Assembly: GCA_008632985.1 (NCBI GenBank)
Contig: QPGO01000006.1
Coordinates: 741,138 to 805,137 of the forward strand
Source of the DNA: Psammoneis japonica
Taxonomy: Eukaryota
Direction: 5' to 3'
Length of the DNA stretch: 64,000 nt
The notes beneath the pieces were generated by a model. The model made no database searches. It had not been told where the DNA came from and was given only the letters and a program-made list of their open reading frames with translations. Each line of letters begins with the position of its first letter. Within the stretch, counting starts at the first letter, position 1. Of the stretch, positions 9,926 through 20,290 are shown in pieces. The position numbers were made by a program, and so were the translations under genes.

Positions 9926-11644
9926 TTATGTAAAAATTGTCTGCCAAATTTCTTCTGGAAATATTGTGCAGTCATGGTCCCAAAAAATGGCTTGTCTCGT
10001 TATGCCATAATTATCGACGAGAAACTTATAGAACGACTTGACGTGTTCCATCTTGGGTCGATAATGCCCGCTTGCAGCATTCGTGGAATTCAACTTACCA
10101 TTGGCATCAGACACCTGCAGTTCCCCAGCATGCAAAACCGGTTCTCCAGCCAAGATACTGGCATGGTTGACAGTGGAGATATCTCTGGCAATGTACAGCT
10201 TCCTATTGATACCCCAAACAAATATCCAGGGTCCACTGGGGACGGGGCCGTCTGTGAAGTACAATCGAACCGTATTTCCGTTGTCCGAAACGTTGAATTT
10301 CACCATTGCCTTTTCCCTATCGACGGTATTGAAGACCTTAAAATGATGGCTGTTCAACATGGAATGCGAGCACTCCGTATGTTCAAAGTGCTTCCCTTTC
10401 CCGTAGTCAAGCCATTGGAAGAAGGGTTCTCCCGAAAATGGTGTCTCGTCAAGTAACCAATGTCGGAAGTACAGCTTCAAACATTTCGGAAGCCTTGCGA
10501 TCTTGGGGTCTTCTAGCTCTAAAACACCGGGCACACCGAGTCCTTGCTCGACAGACAAGGCGATGTCGCTCTTGTTGCGTGCACTTTCCACGTACCAGTT
10601 CCTCCTTTGACGAAACTCTTCTTCGAGCTTCTTCTTGGTGCGCTTCCTGATCCACCAATCCTCTCCCAATTCATCGCTTGACATTTTTGCAAGAGAATCG
10701 TTCTCTTGCTCATTATGCAGCATGTTTCGAATCAAAACACTGAAATTATCGTGTGTGTAATCGTGTAGCTCTTGTGTAAAGCTAACGGGAACGTTGCGCC
10801 CTTTTTCGTCAAGGGCAATCGCTCTCAGTACCGGCCTACCAGTCTCGGTGCAATTCAATATAAGCTTGACCTTCCTTAGAGATGGCTGCGACGTGCTTGT
10901 ATTCAGCATCCTGGGAAACGAGCCACCGCCGCCATCGCTCAAGAAAATGCGATGCCGTGGCCAACCACTGTTTCGATGGTAGACGTATTCGTGTATCTTG
11001 TCATCAGCCGAGTCGTTGCTGCTTTCTTTGTCACGTGTCAAAGACAGCAATACAAGATTGACGTTCTTGCTCTTGAATCTTTCCTTGACTATCCACTCTC
11101 CATGGTTTGGGACCCGCACTGCCGTTGCACCTGTTGCACATTCTGTCGAAGTGATCACTACATCGTCGCGAAGTAGAAAACCTTGACATGAGCCACTATT
11201 GCTCCCAAGAGTGGGCTCAAGACGAGATGATATCTTGTCAATATGATGACTTGGTGAACGATATACGTTGACAAGTAAACCTTTCGAACAGCCTTGGTTA
11301 ATAGATTTCGTCTTGTTTTCGATTGGAGCTTTCCTCGTGTACTGGACCAGATTATGCTTTCGGCCAGAACCATAGAGGCGTATTTGACTTTCTGTGATGC
11401 AAGATAAAATGGCATCATCAAGGATTGTGTACTGCAGCCCCATCATTGTGAAACACAGGGAGAAACACAGTATCAGCCTTCGCTTGGTGTGTTCATGGCT
11501 AGCAGAGCCGCAAACGAGAACCCGAGGTGTTTTTGACATTTGTGCAAGTGGTTTCGACTCAGTTCTGTTACTTCCCAGAACTGTGCATTCACGAGGACCA
11601 GTCTTGTTTGTTTCTTGTGTAACGGTGTTGAAGAAAGGTTCCAA
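9926..11644 (-). CDS. Protein with a C-terminal IQM-family-like domain and a degenerate trypsin-like N-terminal motif
   Basis: 572-aa ORF. EDPK...PFFQWLDYGKGK...WIFV...LYIA...HASILAG...AGEL...ASGHYRP resembles the conserved plant IQM C-terminal domain. True start uncertain. Confidence 0.8.
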   Translation of the reverse strand: MEPFFNTVTQETNKTGPRECTVLGSNRTESKPLAQMSKTPRVLVCGSASHEHTKRRLILCFSLCFTMMGLQYTILDDAILSCITESQIRLYGSGRKHNLVQYTRKAPIENKTKSINQGCSKGLLVNVYRSPSHHIDKISSRLEPTLGSNSGSCQGFLLRDDVVITSTECATGATAVRVPNHGEWIVKERFKSKNVNLVLLSLTRDKESSNDSADDKIHEYVYHRNSGWPRHRIFLSDGGGGSFPRMLNTSTSQPSLRKVKLILNCTETGRPVLRAIALDEKGRNVPVSFTQELHDYTHDNFSVLIRNMLHNEQENDSLAKMSSDELGEDWWIRKRTKKKLEEEFRQRRNWYVESARNKSDIALSVEQGLGVPGVLELEDPKIARLPKCLKLYFRHWLLDETPFSGEPFFQWLDYGKGKHFEHTECSHSMLNSHHFKVFNTVDREKAMVKFNVSDNGNTVRLYFTDGPVPSGPWIFVWGINRKLYIARDISTVNHASILAGEPVLHAGELQVSDANGKLNSTNAASGHYRPKMEHVKSFYKFLVDNYGITRQAIFWDHDCTIFPEEIWQTIFT

Positions 11645-12336
11645 TCACGACACCTCCTTGTAATTCTGTTGTTCTTATAGTTAGTTGGGAACGAAAGAAT
11701 CTTGCTTTGAGGAATGAGTGAAGCGACCCCGGGAGAGACGAGCTGAGTTGTCGAAACGATTTGTCTGCGCCAAAAAAGTACACAAACAACGATAGTGAAT
11801 CCATGTGATCATGTGCTATTGTATCAATTATTTATATGTTCACATATATTACATACATGGAAGAGGCATTAGGAGGTGAGTTTACATATGTCGAACAAAG
11901 AAATTCCTGAATTTCTTCACAAACTATGATAGCGAATCCAAAACTATGAACTTTTTTCTTTTCCTTATATATCAGCACTTAAAAAACAAAATTATCCTAC
12001 TTCCTTGTGCAGTATGATATTACAACCAAGTGCGGGACTCGGCAGTAAGTACCGTTCATTTTATTGAGTAATTAATAAAATGAATACTTTAATATTATCA
12101 TCAGTTTCTGTGGGAGTATTCCCGATCCCGCCGAGACGATCGATCTGAAATTAATCTCTGCGTCGTCCGTGCCGTTCGTATAACAGTACAGAGTTCTAAC
12201 ACCCCCCGAGTGCAATCGGCACTCTCTACTGTATGGTTGTGGTTTGCTCTTACCATCTGTTCATCCTGTGGAATGTTCTAAGTTAGTCTTATAGAGAGAT
12301 TTTGAGATTGATTCTTTTTTATTTGGCGCCGAAACC

Positions 12337-13221
12337 ATGTCTTTATGGGGTCGCTACATGATTGACAAGGTCAAGCACGCCGTTTCTCACCGCGTCACGC
12401 TTCCGGTTCCTCCGTATGGTAGTACAGGTTATTGGAACAAGGTGTATGCCACCTTAGGACCCGACGACGTGTATGAATGGGGCAATGTATCGTTTTCAAA
12501 AAACTTGTCAAAGCATAAGTACAACTTGCTCTATGAATATCCGGAACAGAATAATGAAGAAGGACAAGAAACGCAGTCGATCGAAACAACGTTTGACGAG
12601 GTCGTTGGAGTCCAACCGATTGTCGAATCAAAGATTTGTTTATTGGGATGTGGCAATTCCAAAATGGGGGAAGACATGGCGAATGAAGGCTGGAAGGGCC
12701 CGTTGATACAAGTGGATATCTCTCCGCGGGTTTTGGAGACAATGTCGCAGCGATGTGCAACGTTGGTCGGAACCAAGATGGATTTTGTACAGGACGATGC
12801 GACACACCTTTCAGCCTTTGATGACAATGGTCTAAATGGTAAATGAGGATCTTGGATCGCTGTGGTCAGTACTTTGTGCTTTGCTCACTACTTGCTTGTT
12901 TCCTGGTCTCTTTCCCGTTTAAAAGCGGTTGTTGATAAAGGACTTGTCGACGCATTGTTCTGCGCCAATGAGTTTGATCAAATCCAAAAGGTCATGACCA
13001 GTGTACATCGTGTGCTGAAACCAGGGTGCCTATTTACCGTCTTTAGCTTTTCGGCTCCGCAGTTTTTGTTGCCTCGCTTGTTGCCAGAAATCGAAAGCGA
13101 GCCTCGAGCCATTCGAAAAAAATGGCAGAATGTTCAGGTTCGAGAACTGGAGACTATTCTCATGTATCGCTTTCAGACGCAAAAAGAGCGCAATCGTCGC
13201 AACCATTACAAGAAAGCCTAA
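12337..13221 (+). CDS. Class I SAM-dependent methyltransferase (EEF1AKMT4/METTL13-N-like), 2 exons
   Basis: YGSTGYW...YEW, LLGCGNSKMGEDM, VDIS, VVDKGLVDAL; GT-AG intron 12839-12925 joins the frames. Confidence 0.9.
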
Positions 13222-13396
13222 AACAGGGCGACAACATTTTCGATCCAAAGCAAAAACAACAAGGCGTCAGTGATGAACGCGCTGGTAGGGACCTCACAGT
13301 TGATTGTCAAGTCTGTGGTGCTCTTGCAATTTCAGATTGACATTGCAAAGTCTGCGTCTGCTCATACCATATCCCAGATTACGGAGAAATGAAGCT

Positions 13397-15515
13397 ATGA
13401 GGCTCTTGGCTGTTTTGCACTTCGTGATTGTAGCCAGTCAACCTGCTGCTCAACCGTCCCCAACGGGAAGCCCATCGGCGTCCACGACAGATGGATCCGG
13501 GTCGAGTGCAGCTCCTACGCTTCGACCCAGCACTGCTACCCCATCTGCCACCGAGACTCCGATGCCTTTTAGGCCGGACCCAACAGTGGCTCCAAGCGCT
13601 TCACCAACTCAACGGCCTTCGAGCCCAACCCCAATTCCTAGTGCGTCTCCACCTGAAGCACCCTCTAAAGGCCCGAATTTGAGTCCGACCCCAACTCCAA
13701 GCACATCTCCAACCCCAAGCCCTTCTGTCGCGCTCACTTCAAGTCCGACCCCATTGCCCAGTGCGTCTCCATCTCAACGGCCTCCTTTCGGTCCTACGTC
13801 GAGCCCAAACAAAGCTCCGAGTGTGCCTCCAACGCCAAGCCCTTCCGTCATCCCGACCTCGATTCCAACTCCAGAAGCATCTCCAACATCTTCCACCCCA
13901 AGGACACCCTCGTCGCCGAGTGCGGAGCCAAACACCACCATGTCTCCCACAGGGGCTCCTGAAAAGAAGTGTAAAATCATAAAAGTGTGTCTCTTCGTCT
14001 TTAAGGGTGCCAATGGAAGAAAGAAACGACGCATGATGAAGACTCTAGAGCGTGCGTCCGACATCTGGAAAGAAAACTGCTGCTTGTCATTCAAGCCTAG
14101 TGAAAACAAGGTTCATGAGATTGACCCGGCAAAAGTGAAGATAACCGTGAATGGAAGAAAGAAAACGATGGCAGACATTCTGGTGAACGGTAAACTTCGA
14201 ATGAAGAAAAATACTGTGCTTAACAAAAATGGGAAGGAAGTCCAAAACGGCAACAAGAAGCTAACGCTGGGTGACATTCATAGTGCGTTCAGCAAGCATC
14301 GTAAGGAGAGCACCAAAATCTGTCCTGATGCTGGTGACGGGAAGAAGCTTCGTGTCTATGGCTTTTCCTTTGACCGTGATGGAGTTTTGCACGGGACGCA
14401 AGATATTGGTACTTTGAAGTTTGTTACGACTATTTTGAACTGCGAAACGGACATTGCCGGTAGCATCTTAGCTCATGAAATTGGTAAGATAGTCAGAGTT
14501 GCGTTCTTGAAACTCGCACCATAAGAATCATTGATGTTGACGTGCTTTCGCCGTTGATTCTGTAGGTCATAATTGCAACTTGATCCATGCTGACAAAAGT
14601 CCAAATAAGGAGGAACGGCACAAGGATAACTTGATGAGAAAGGAATTGTCTCATCCCGGGACAGGAATTGATTTCTATCTAAAAATATACAAGTTGTCGG
14701 ATGACCAGTGCACGAAGGCAATGGACTATGTTTGCAATCCTCCACAGCCATGGAGGAAACTGTCTTTCCGAGAAGTTAACAAGTGCCCCGACACTACATG
14801 GGATGGAATCCGTAGCAACGCGAAGGAAAAGGCGGGCACCAACGCGGTAAACAAGAAGAAAATCAACGACGAAGCAAAAGAGGCGACTGAAAAATTAAAG
14901 GAACAGCAGAAGAAGCTGGAAGAAAAACTGAAGAAGCTTGAGGAAGCTTCCGATGGATCAACAGAAGAGGAGGTAGTGAAAGCAAGGCGAAAGAAGAAAC
15001 AGTTCCTCGGAACCATCTTGATGGAGGCGGCTGAGCTTGTAAATCTCTACAAGCGCTTCAACATTAATCGAGAACCCAAACGAAAAGCAAATCGAAGTGC
15101 CTGGATTCGACAAGGACTGCTCAGGGATCGGTTTAACAAACTGCGAAGTTGCATGCTGCGAAGGTCTAAGAATAGGAAAAGGGTGAAGAATTTTCCATTT
15201 GTTCAAGTGAATCAAGCTTTGTTGAAAGCATGCTTGACGGAGCTAGGGAAAGCGCATAGGAACACTAGCGCCAAGAACAAGTCCTTCTACTACACCAAAA
15301 CTTACTACGTTCTCTTCAAGAATCTGGAGAATCTCGAGAAAGAAAGACAGCCAATTATGGACAAGATCAAGGAAATCAACGACATAAAGAAAAAGATCGC
15401 CGGAATTGAAAAGCAGAGGAAGGCAAATCAAACCGTAGAAAAGGATCGGTACGAGAAAGAAAAAGCAAAGTGTCTTAAGGATTTCAAGACAAAAACAGCA
15501 GGAATCACTCGGTAG
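13397..15515 (+). CDS. Secreted Pro/Ser/Thr-stalk protein with a metzincin-like zinc motif and a Lys-rich coiled-coil tail, 2 exons
   Basis: Signal-like MRLLAVLHFVIVA and PTPSPS repeats. Splicing intron 14484-14565 yields HEIGHNCNLIH followed by DNLM (possible Met-turn). Confidence 0.8.
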
Positions 15516-15649
15516 AACCAAACTGAAAATGGCCAACCTGTCTTTGATGCATACATCCACGCAAAGTACTGCTATTCGGGAGCACAAGTAATGTACTGAA
15601 TGAGATCATATGCCCGAAACTCATACGCTATCCATCAGAAATCTCTTTT

Positions 15650-15920
15650 GGATGCCATTCTGGCAACTGCTGCATAATGAATCCGGATTCGGAATGGGCT
15701 CAATGGTGGGAACACGAACTAAAGTATTTCTTGTCCAGACAGTTTAGCCAAGTTCGTCCTCGTACCCTGAGATACTGACTGTAGACAGCAACATCCATTA
15801 TTTTTATAGACTACACTGTCGTCCAACAGCAAGTAAGGAGGACTCGCATCAGGAGAAACCAAAGCCGGTTTCCTCGTCCACGGTTTCGCTTTTATCCACT
15901 GCCAACATGAAGATTGTTCA
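15650..15920 (-). pseudogene. Degenerate duplicate of the 3' end of the gene at 18553-19770
   Basis: KPWTRKPALV...LLLDD...LSGQEIL vs EPWAGKPVWV...LLLDD...LSGKEIL; shared caatggtgggaacacgaa. Confidence 0.75.
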
Positions 15921-16196
15921 CTCGTCTTTGCTCGTCTCTCATCAATGATGCTCTCGTCAATCACCATAAAAATGAATGTGGCGCTAGTAGTCACCATTAT
16001 CACATTTTCGGTGTTCCGTCCCATCCGTTATAAACTTGCGCCGAAGGTCAGGACCTTCGTTGACAACCTTCTTTGAGTTTAAAAAGGCTTAGGTACAACA
16101 CCATGCCAAAACTGGGAGCGACATTTTTTCCACTTTCAGCACTTTCTAGCTACGAAACCTTGAAAATGAAACTCGTGCGTTCTAAGTAAAGGAAGT

Positions 16197-18194
16197 TTAG
16201 GGGACACGCTCATCTGGTTCTTGGAGAAAGGGGTCATACAAGAAGACAAAAGGAGCGTCGAGATAGTTTCGCTTGTCGTAAAGCATGGTTTCGATTACGG
16301 CCGGATCTGTCGTTCCCCAGTAGTTGTTCTGGACATTCATGGGATCAGTGTAGTCTAGTCCATATTCACGTGCTTTAATTGCGATTCCATCGGTGTTGAG
16401 AAACGAATTTCCCGTGACTGTCACATTGCCGACGGGCTCATTCCAAAGCATCAGCCAGTAAGAGTCTCGCTGATTCTCGAACCGATTCCATCTAATATAT
16501 ACATTGTGCTCGTAATGAAGAATAGAGAAGCCTCGGCTATCCACAAACGTATTATACTCCATGTAAAAATCACTTTCTCGGTAGGAAACATAGGATTCTC
16601 CTCCCATATTCGTAACTAGGGAATGCCGCAGATGAAACGAGCCGCCATTGTGGTAGCCTCCGTCATAAAAAACTTGGTTGCCATTTTGAACGTGGCACAA
16701 GTCCAAATCCACAAGAGCAGTCGCAGGAGAATTTCTTACGGAAAAGAAATCGACGTATTTCCCAAGACCGTCAAACACAACTGGATTCGTCTCGGTGCCA
16801 TGCGCCAGTAAAGTGCCATGTACCAAAAACATGCCACCAAACCCTTCGTCGTTCCCATTTGGCACCACAACTACCCCGGAATCAATCAAAAGAGTGACCC
16901 CTTCTGGTACTTGTACTGTCGACAGCAACGAATAAGGACTTCCGGTTACGTCCCAGCGTGCATCGACCGCTATAACGCCACCCTCGACAACTGTTCCTGT
17001 AGCTGGAGTCGGTGCAATTGTGGGTGGAGTTGTTGGTAGCGGCGTGCTTGTGGTAGGCGGTGAAGTCGGCGGATCTGTGATGGGTTCTACTTCAGACGAG
17101 AGAGTTGTGGGCTGTGCAGTCGAAGGAGTGCTTGTAGTCGCCGGCGGAGTCGGTGGGCCAGTGATGGGTTCGACTTCAGAGGAGAAAGTAGTGGGTTGTG
17201 GTGTCGAAGGAGATCCGGATTGCGGCGCTGGGCTGAGGGTTGTGGCTGGCGGTGTCGTTGGTGCGGCAGTAGTAGGTTCTGTAGTTGTCCCGGGTGAAGC
17301 TTCATTCGCTGCTGAACTGGAAGTGCCATTGCTAGTTGGAATCGCAAAAAGCAACGCAACTGCAATGCCCACGATGACTAGCAACAAACCCGCTCCAATC
17401 AAGAACCAACGACAAATCTTTCCACGTTTTTGTGTTCTCAGAACATTTTCGATTTCTTGACGAAGGTGCTGCTGTTCCTCTTCCGGATCGACAACATGAG
17501 CAAGTTGTGCCGCATTGTCCTCTACAACATGCGCAGCAATAGGGAGTTGCGAATCGGTCTCCATCCCGCGTTCCATGGCAGAATCGGAGCGAGAGACTGA
17601 TGCTGCTCCTGCTGGTTCTGTCGCATCTCTACTCTGAATACCGGGAACGGCTTCGGCTCCCGGCGTGACGGAGCTGCCAGGTAACTGCTGGTCCAAGACA
17701 TTGACGATTTCATCCGGAGGAGGCGGTTGCTCCAAGGGGCTGAAATCAAACGCATCAGGCGAAGCTTCGGGCCGCGAGAATTCTTCTCTCGGCTCTTCAA
17801 CTTTCCTGGTCTTGCGATGAAGATGCTCCGGCCTTGGTTTGATTTCTTTTTTGTTACTTCTCCTTCTTTGATATTGAGTGCGAGCGCTTCGATGCTCGCG
17901 GTGTTTGTGAGGACGGTGTTTTTCGTGCGAGTCTCTGTCATTTGTGAGCCCCATTCCTAACGTTGTCATTCTTCTGCTGGTTCGTCCTAGTTGTTCTGGA
18001 AAGGTTTCAGGAACCTTGCAATCTACCTTCGACCTGCCATGGCTCTTGTGACTACGCTTGACACGGTTGGGCCTCCCGGTGGTGTCGTGCGTCGTGTCTG
18101 TTCTCCTGCTCTGCTCATTGCTTGCCAGGCTGGTGCTTCGTGTCGCATGAGCACCATGTTTCAAGTACGATTCCCTGTCATCTAATAGCTCCAT
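16197..18194 (-). CDS. Type II membrane protein: cytoplasmic N-terminus, TM helix, Pro/Thr stalk, right-handed beta-helix ectodomain
   Basis: TM WFLIGAGLLLVIVGIAVALLFAI, PT repeats, GSPY...VPEGVTLLIDSGV...GTLLAHGTETNPVVF and NNYWGTTD motifs. Start taken at MELLDD; the ORF is open to 18596. Confidence 0.82.
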   Translation of the reverse strand: MELLDDRESYLKHGAHATRSTSLASNEQSRRTDTTHDTTGRPNRVKRSHKSHGRSKVDCKVPETFPEQLGRTSRRMTTLGMGLTNDRDSHEKHRPHKHREHRSARTQYQRRRSNKKEIKPRPEHLHRKTRKVEEPREEFSRPEASPDAFDFSPLEQPPPPDEIVNVLDQQLPGSSVTPGAEAVPGIQSRDATEPAGAASVSRSDSAMERGMETDSQLPIAAHVVEDNAAQLAHVVDPEEEQQHLRQEIENVLRTQKRGKICRWFLIGAGLLLVIVGIAVALLFAIPTSNGTSSSAANEASPGTTTEPTTAAPTTPPATTLSPAPQSGSPSTPQPTTFSSEVEPITGPPTPPATTSTPSTAQPTTLSSEVEPITDPPTSPPTTSTPLPTTPPTIAPTPATGTVVEGGVIAVDARWDVTGSPYSLLSTVQVPEGVTLLIDSGVVVVPNGNDEGFGGMFLVHGTLLAHGTETNPVVFDGLGKYVDFFSVRNSPATALVDLDLCHVQNGNQVFYDGGYHNGGSFHLRHSLVTNMGGESYVSYRESDFYMEYNTFVDSRGFSILHYEHNVYIRWNRFENQRDSYWLMLWNEPVGNVTVTGNSFLNTDGIAIKAREYGLDYTDPMNVQNNYWGTTDPAVIETMLYDKRNYLDAPFVFLYDPFLQEPDERVP

Positions 18195-18552
18195 TGTTGA
18201 CGAAGTTAGGGGTTGTGGGTACTGTATTATCGCGATAGATGACAATGTGATGACCGCGGGTGCAACAGGGTTCGCATAAATCTCCTCCCGGGTCCGCGGG
18301 GGTGTTCGCGTTCTGAAATTCATTGCGATCGATCGCATCGCTCGCGATCGACACCTTCCGGTCTGTAAGTCTGTAAGTTGTGCGTTAGTGGTGCCGGGTG
18401 CCGGGAAGAAGTGAAGGCAGATACGGTGTAACTGAGAAGCTACCCGACCAAAATAGAAACGTAGAACGACCATTGCTCTAAGTTTCGCCGCCAGTTCATA
18501 TTGGTATTGAGTCGTTTGGTGGTCTTTCCGTGTATTGCCTAACAAGTTGGTT

Positions 18553-19770
18553 CTACAGTGTTGCATGCCCCGACACGACTTGCTGTGATTTGGCAATCTG
18601 CTCCAAGAACCAATCAGGGTTCATAATGGGTTCAATGGTGGGAACACGAACCAAATGGGAACCCTGCATACTTAATATTTCTTTGCCAGACAAGGTCTTG
18701 TACCCCGGAGCTTCATCATGTTGAATCCTTACACTTGCAATACTGTCGTGAGCAAGATTATGAATATTGTCGTCCAAGAGCAAATGGTGACGACTCGAGT
18801 CGCGGGGAACCCAAACCGGTTTGCCAGCCCACGGTTCGCATTCATTCTGACTCCAAAAGCTATAGTCATCTCGAATGCCACAAATCGTTTTCGATTCCAT
18901 CAACTCGACAATTTCAGCGTCACCGCTGGCCACCAATGTCCGCTCGTGGTCGTTTTCATCTGTACTGGTAGTCCACAATTGGTACAGCATGTCGTCGGTA
19001 CTGCTCGAATCACTTGCGTCGTTACTATTTGTACGTTTCCACCGTCCACAATAGAGACTGTCCTTTTCCAGAATTAAATTTGGATTGTGAAAGTTCGGGT
19101 ATTGTGGATGCTTTCCTTGAGCAAACGCCGAAATGGCTTGTGCAACATCCGGTAAATCGGAACCAAAGGTCCGAAACACAATTGTAAACGACTGTTCCTG
19201 TCGAGTCAATTCATCAAGAGTATGAAAGATGGCCGGAATCATGTGTGACAAGACATTGTTTTTTGGTGGGCCCTTCAATTCATGTTCTGCCAAGGTCAAG
19301 CGCCGTTCCATTTCCTCATAGAGGGGTTTGTAAATGGCACCGTCGAAATGAGTGAATTGCTTGGCACGTTTCTTGAAGGACGTTCGATAGTACGGACAAC
19401 ATCCCGGAGGCCAATGCCATCCAGTGTAGAGCGGTGGCAGCTGCTGCTCTTGTCCAATCGGCGTCCCGTCCCACCAGTGAGTCGGCACAAATTTCTTCAA
19501 ATTGGCAACGTCCGTATTCTCGTGACACTGAACAAAGGCCGACTTGGCTAGAATCTTGTTGAGACAATCTTCGCGTGTATCACCACCGGCTTCATCTCCA
19601 ACAAGAATTGTTTCATTTACATCAAAGTGAATCACCAAATGCCTGTTTGATTTTTTGAAACTACTTGTAGTCGTCTTTTCCTCCGAAAGTGAGGAAACAA
19701 TTTGGGGCAACCTCATGGTTTTGTCGGAAACGCTGTTGCTGTCGGGTCTAGGTAGTTCTTTTGGTGTCAT
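18553..19770 (-). CDS. Uncharacterised protein with a HAD-like N-terminal motif
   Basis: 405-aa single-exon ORF; LVIHFDVNETIL, IVFRTFGSDL, LLLDDNI. Confidence 0.8.
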   Translation of the reverse strand: MTPKELPRPDSNSVSDKTMRLPQIVSSLSEEKTTTSSFKKSNRHLVIHFDVNETILVGDEAGGDTREDCLNKILAKSAFVQCHENTDVANLKKFVPTHWWDGTPIGQEQQLPPLYTGWHWPPGCCPYYRTSFKKRAKQFTHFDGAIYKPLYEEMERRLTLAEHELKGPPKNNVLSHMIPAIFHTLDELTRQEQSFTIVFRTFGSDLPDVAQAISAFAQGKHPQYPNFHNPNLILEKDSLYCGRWKRTNSNDASDSSSTDDMLYQLWTTSTDENDHERTLVASGDAEIVELMESKTICGIRDDYSFWSQNECEPWAGKPVWVPRDSSRHHLLLDDNIHNLAHDSIASVRIQHDEAPGYKTLSGKEILSMQGSHLVRVPTIEPIMNPDWFLEQIAKSQQVVSGHATL

Positions 19771-20290
19771 GTTGATGTATTAAACAATGTATAAAACAAT
19801 TCTTGCTTTCCTTCTCACTTGCAGTCGACTTTCCTTCTCTTTTCTCAATCGTCAAACGACGGGGTCGTCGGTCATTTTCCGGGGTGAGGTGTTCATGCCG
19901 TGTTCATTCATCATCGCAGTTTCTGCGCGCGAGAACGACAAATTTCGAAAAAATTCAATATAACCTATGTGTATGAATATATGAAAATGAATGAAAACGT
20001 CACCTTTGCTCAAGATATTATATATATTCTTCAAGCATGTATGGTTGTATTTTTTTGTCGTGCGGCGCCGTCAGAACTTCAACGCGTGACATGACATGGC
20101 ATGGCAGTGCAGATTTCCGGATTTCGGCCTCCTCATCCTGCCGGGAGAGCACAAGTTGCACCCTGCACCCTAAAGCAGTGTTCAAGTTGCATAGGACGCT
20201 GCTGCTGGCCATTAACACTGCTATATATAAAGACCGTGCGTCTCATCTCCTTGCAATCCCAAGGTTAATTTGTCTTGAAGTTGCAGAATC

